Shown: positions 62,557 through 64,000 of the stretch, in pieces
How positions within the stretch are numbered: the stretch's first letter is position 1
How the letters are laid out: the number at the start of each line of letters is the position of its first letter
Assembly (NCBI GenBank): GCA_902547315.1
Contig: CACCND010000002.1
Span: 9,609-73,608, forward strand
Reading direction: 5' to 3'
Length of the DNA stretch: 64,000 nt
Source: an uncultured Pelagibacteraceae bacterium
Lineage (GTDB): Bacteria > Pseudomonadota > Alphaproteobacteria > Pelagibacterales > AG-422-B15
Made by a program: the position numbers and the translations under genes
Notes under the pieces: generated by a model
What the model saw: only the letters and a program-made list of their open reading frames with translations
Databases searched by the model: none
Told to the model about the DNA's origin: nothing

Positions 62557-63179
62557 TTTATTTGCTGGCTATACAACCAGGGTGTTCTTGACTTTTGCTT
62601 ATTTTCAAAATCAGAAATATGATTAACTTTAGCTAGTGTCAATCCAATATCGTCTAAACCCTCTAATAGGCTAGTTTTTTTGGCTTTATCAAGTTCAAAA
62701 CTTACCTCATGATTTATATTTTTATCAAAATAAGAAATCTTCTGATTTTCTAAATCAATTATAAAACTAAGACTGTTTTCCGCTGCTTTTTGCAATTTAG
62801 TTACTTCAGACTCATCTAATTTGATTGGAAGAATACCATTCTTGAAACAATTATTATAAAAGATATCCGCAAAGCTCGAAGCGATGATGCATTTAATACC
62901 ATAATCTAAGATTGACCAGGGTGCATGTTCACGAGATGACCCGCAGCCAAAATTTTTACCAGTAATCAAAATTTGAGAATCTTTAAATTTATCTTGATTA
63001 AGGACAAACGAATCTATAGGTGCATCTTTTTCATCATATCTTAATTCATAAAATAAATTTTTACCTAAACCTGTTCGCTTAATTGTTTTGAGAAATTGTT
63101 TTGGAATAATCATATCAGTATCAACATTCACCATTGGTAAAGGAATTGCATTACTTTCTATTTTTTTAAATTTTTCCAT
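62553..63179 (-). CDS. leuD: 3-isopropylmalate dehydratase small subunit
   Basis: 208 aa with '[14 protein letters not shown]' and '[15 protein letters not shown]'. Confidence 0.9.
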   Translation of the reverse strand: MEKFKKIESNAIPLPMVNVDTDMIIPKQFLKTIKRTGLGKNLFYELRYDEKDAPIDSFVLNQDKFKDSQILITGKNFGCGSSREHAPWSILDYGIKCIIASSFADIFYNNCFKNGILPIKLDESEVTKLQKAAENSLSFIIDLENQKISYFDKNINHEVSFELDKAKKTSLLEGLDDIGLTLAKVNHISDFENKQKSRTPWLYSQQIK

Positions 63180-64000
63180 TATATCTCTCTACTGTCTGAT
63201 AGTTTTCCATTGATAGCCGCAGCAGCAGCCATAGCTGGACTCATTAAATGAGTACGACCCCCTCTTCCTTGCCTACCTTCAAAGTTCCTATTTGAAGTGG
63301 AAGCACATCTTTCTTGAGGTTTAAGTTTATCGGCATTCATTGCAAGACACATTGAACATCCAGGCTCTCTCCATTCAAAGCCTGACTCAATAAATATTTT
63401 GTCCAAACCTTCCTCTTCTGCCTGCTGTTTAACTAAACCAGACCCTGGAACGATTATTGCATTTACATGGTCCGCGACTTTTCTATTTTTTGCAATTTTT
63501 GATGCAGCTCTAAGGTCTTCAATCCGTCCATTAGTACATGAACCAATGAATACCTTATCTACTTTCACCTCTTTAAGTGGTGTATTCGGAACAAGACCCA
63601 TGTATTCCAAAGCTCTAATCATTGATTTTTTCTTTGTATCATCACTTTCATCCTCAGGGTTTGGAACCAATCCATCAATCGAAACTACATCCTCAGGACT
63701 TGTGCCCCATGTGACTTGTGGAATGATGTCGCTTGCATCAATATTTACTGTTTTATCGTATGCTGCACCTTCATCAGAAGCTAGCGACAACCAATAATCT
63801 GATGCTGACTGATATTCATTTTCTGCTGGAGAAAATGGTCTTCCCTTTAAGTATTCAATTGTTTTTTCATCAGGACTGATTAAACCAGCTCTTGCTCCTG
63901 CTTCAATTGACATATTACAGACAGTCATTCTTCCCTCCATTGTTAGGGATTTGATTGCGTCACCTGTGTATTCAATAACATACCCAGTACCTCCAGCAGT
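63179..64000 (-). CDS. leuC: 3-isopropylmalate dehydratase large subunit (partial; 5' end beyond window)
   Basis: The frame stays open to position 64000 (my manual translation is ...[30 protein letters not shown]...). '[12 protein letters not shown]' and '[13 protein letters not shown]' are aconitase-family motifs. The track ORF start at 63940 is an internal Met. Confidence 0.9.
   Translation of the reverse strand, partial: TAGGTGYVIEYTGDAIKSLTMEGRMTVCNMSIEAGARAGLISPDEKTIEYLKGRPFSPAENEYQSASDYWLSLASDEGAAYDKTVNIDASDIIPQVTWGTSPEDVVSIDGLVPNPEDESDDTKKKSMIRALEYMGLVPNTPLKEVKVDKVFIGSCTNGRIEDLRAASKIAKNRKVADHVNAIIVPGSGLVKQQAEEEGLDKIFIESGFEWREPGCSMCLAMNADKLKPQERCASTSNRNFEGRQGRGGRTHLMSPAMAAAAAINGKLSDSREI

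Overview
The window is a visibly AT-rich, very tightly packed stretch of core chromosome. Genes abut or overlap at nearly every junction. From gene content and order I infer a streamlined marine or freshwater alphaproteobacterium, possibly SAR11/Pelagibacterales-like, but this is not verified. All protein calls come from reading motifs in the supplied translations; I ran no searches.

Gene content in order:
- coq7 and a standalone HNH protein.
- An ethylmalonyl-CoA (EMC) pathway locus: ecm divergent from ccr-mcd-(HIG1-like microprotein)-pduO-etfBA.
- tlpA-like, argH, an unlisted 40-aa lipoprotein, and lysA.
- A small envelope/lipid group: zinc-ribbon protein, DUF218, plsC, DUF2125-like.
- tyrC-hisC, then a SAM-II/V-like riboswitch with terminator in front of metXW, then gloB.
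- A minus-strand operon: DUF1015-serC-serA-gpmA-phaA-phaB.
- rplU-rpmA-obg-proBA-nadD-rsfS-rlmH-ctpA-rppH.
- atpHAGDC, priA, tal, xerC, and a snoaL/fatty-acid-hydroxylase/membrane trio.
- A minus-strand TCA block, lpdA-sucBA-sucDC-mdh and sdhCDAB, with an SDR-mmsA pair and a plus-strand Smr gene between the two halves.
- A 652-aa CitE-like lyase + MaoC hydratase fusion, then asd, leuB, leuD and a truncated leuC.

I saw no rRNA, tRNA, CRISPR array, transposase, prophage or recognisable defence island.

The most interesting items:
1. The lyase-hydratase fusion, which joins two consecutive EMC (or itaconate) steps in one polypeptide.
2. The EMC/AdoCbl/ETF operon architecture in a streamlined genome.
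3. The only long convergent spacer in the window (215 nt), which carries a 14-bp-stem hairpin.
4. The DUF1015-led serine operon.
5. Two elements the ORF track cannot show: the riboswitch and the LptM-like microlipoprotein.
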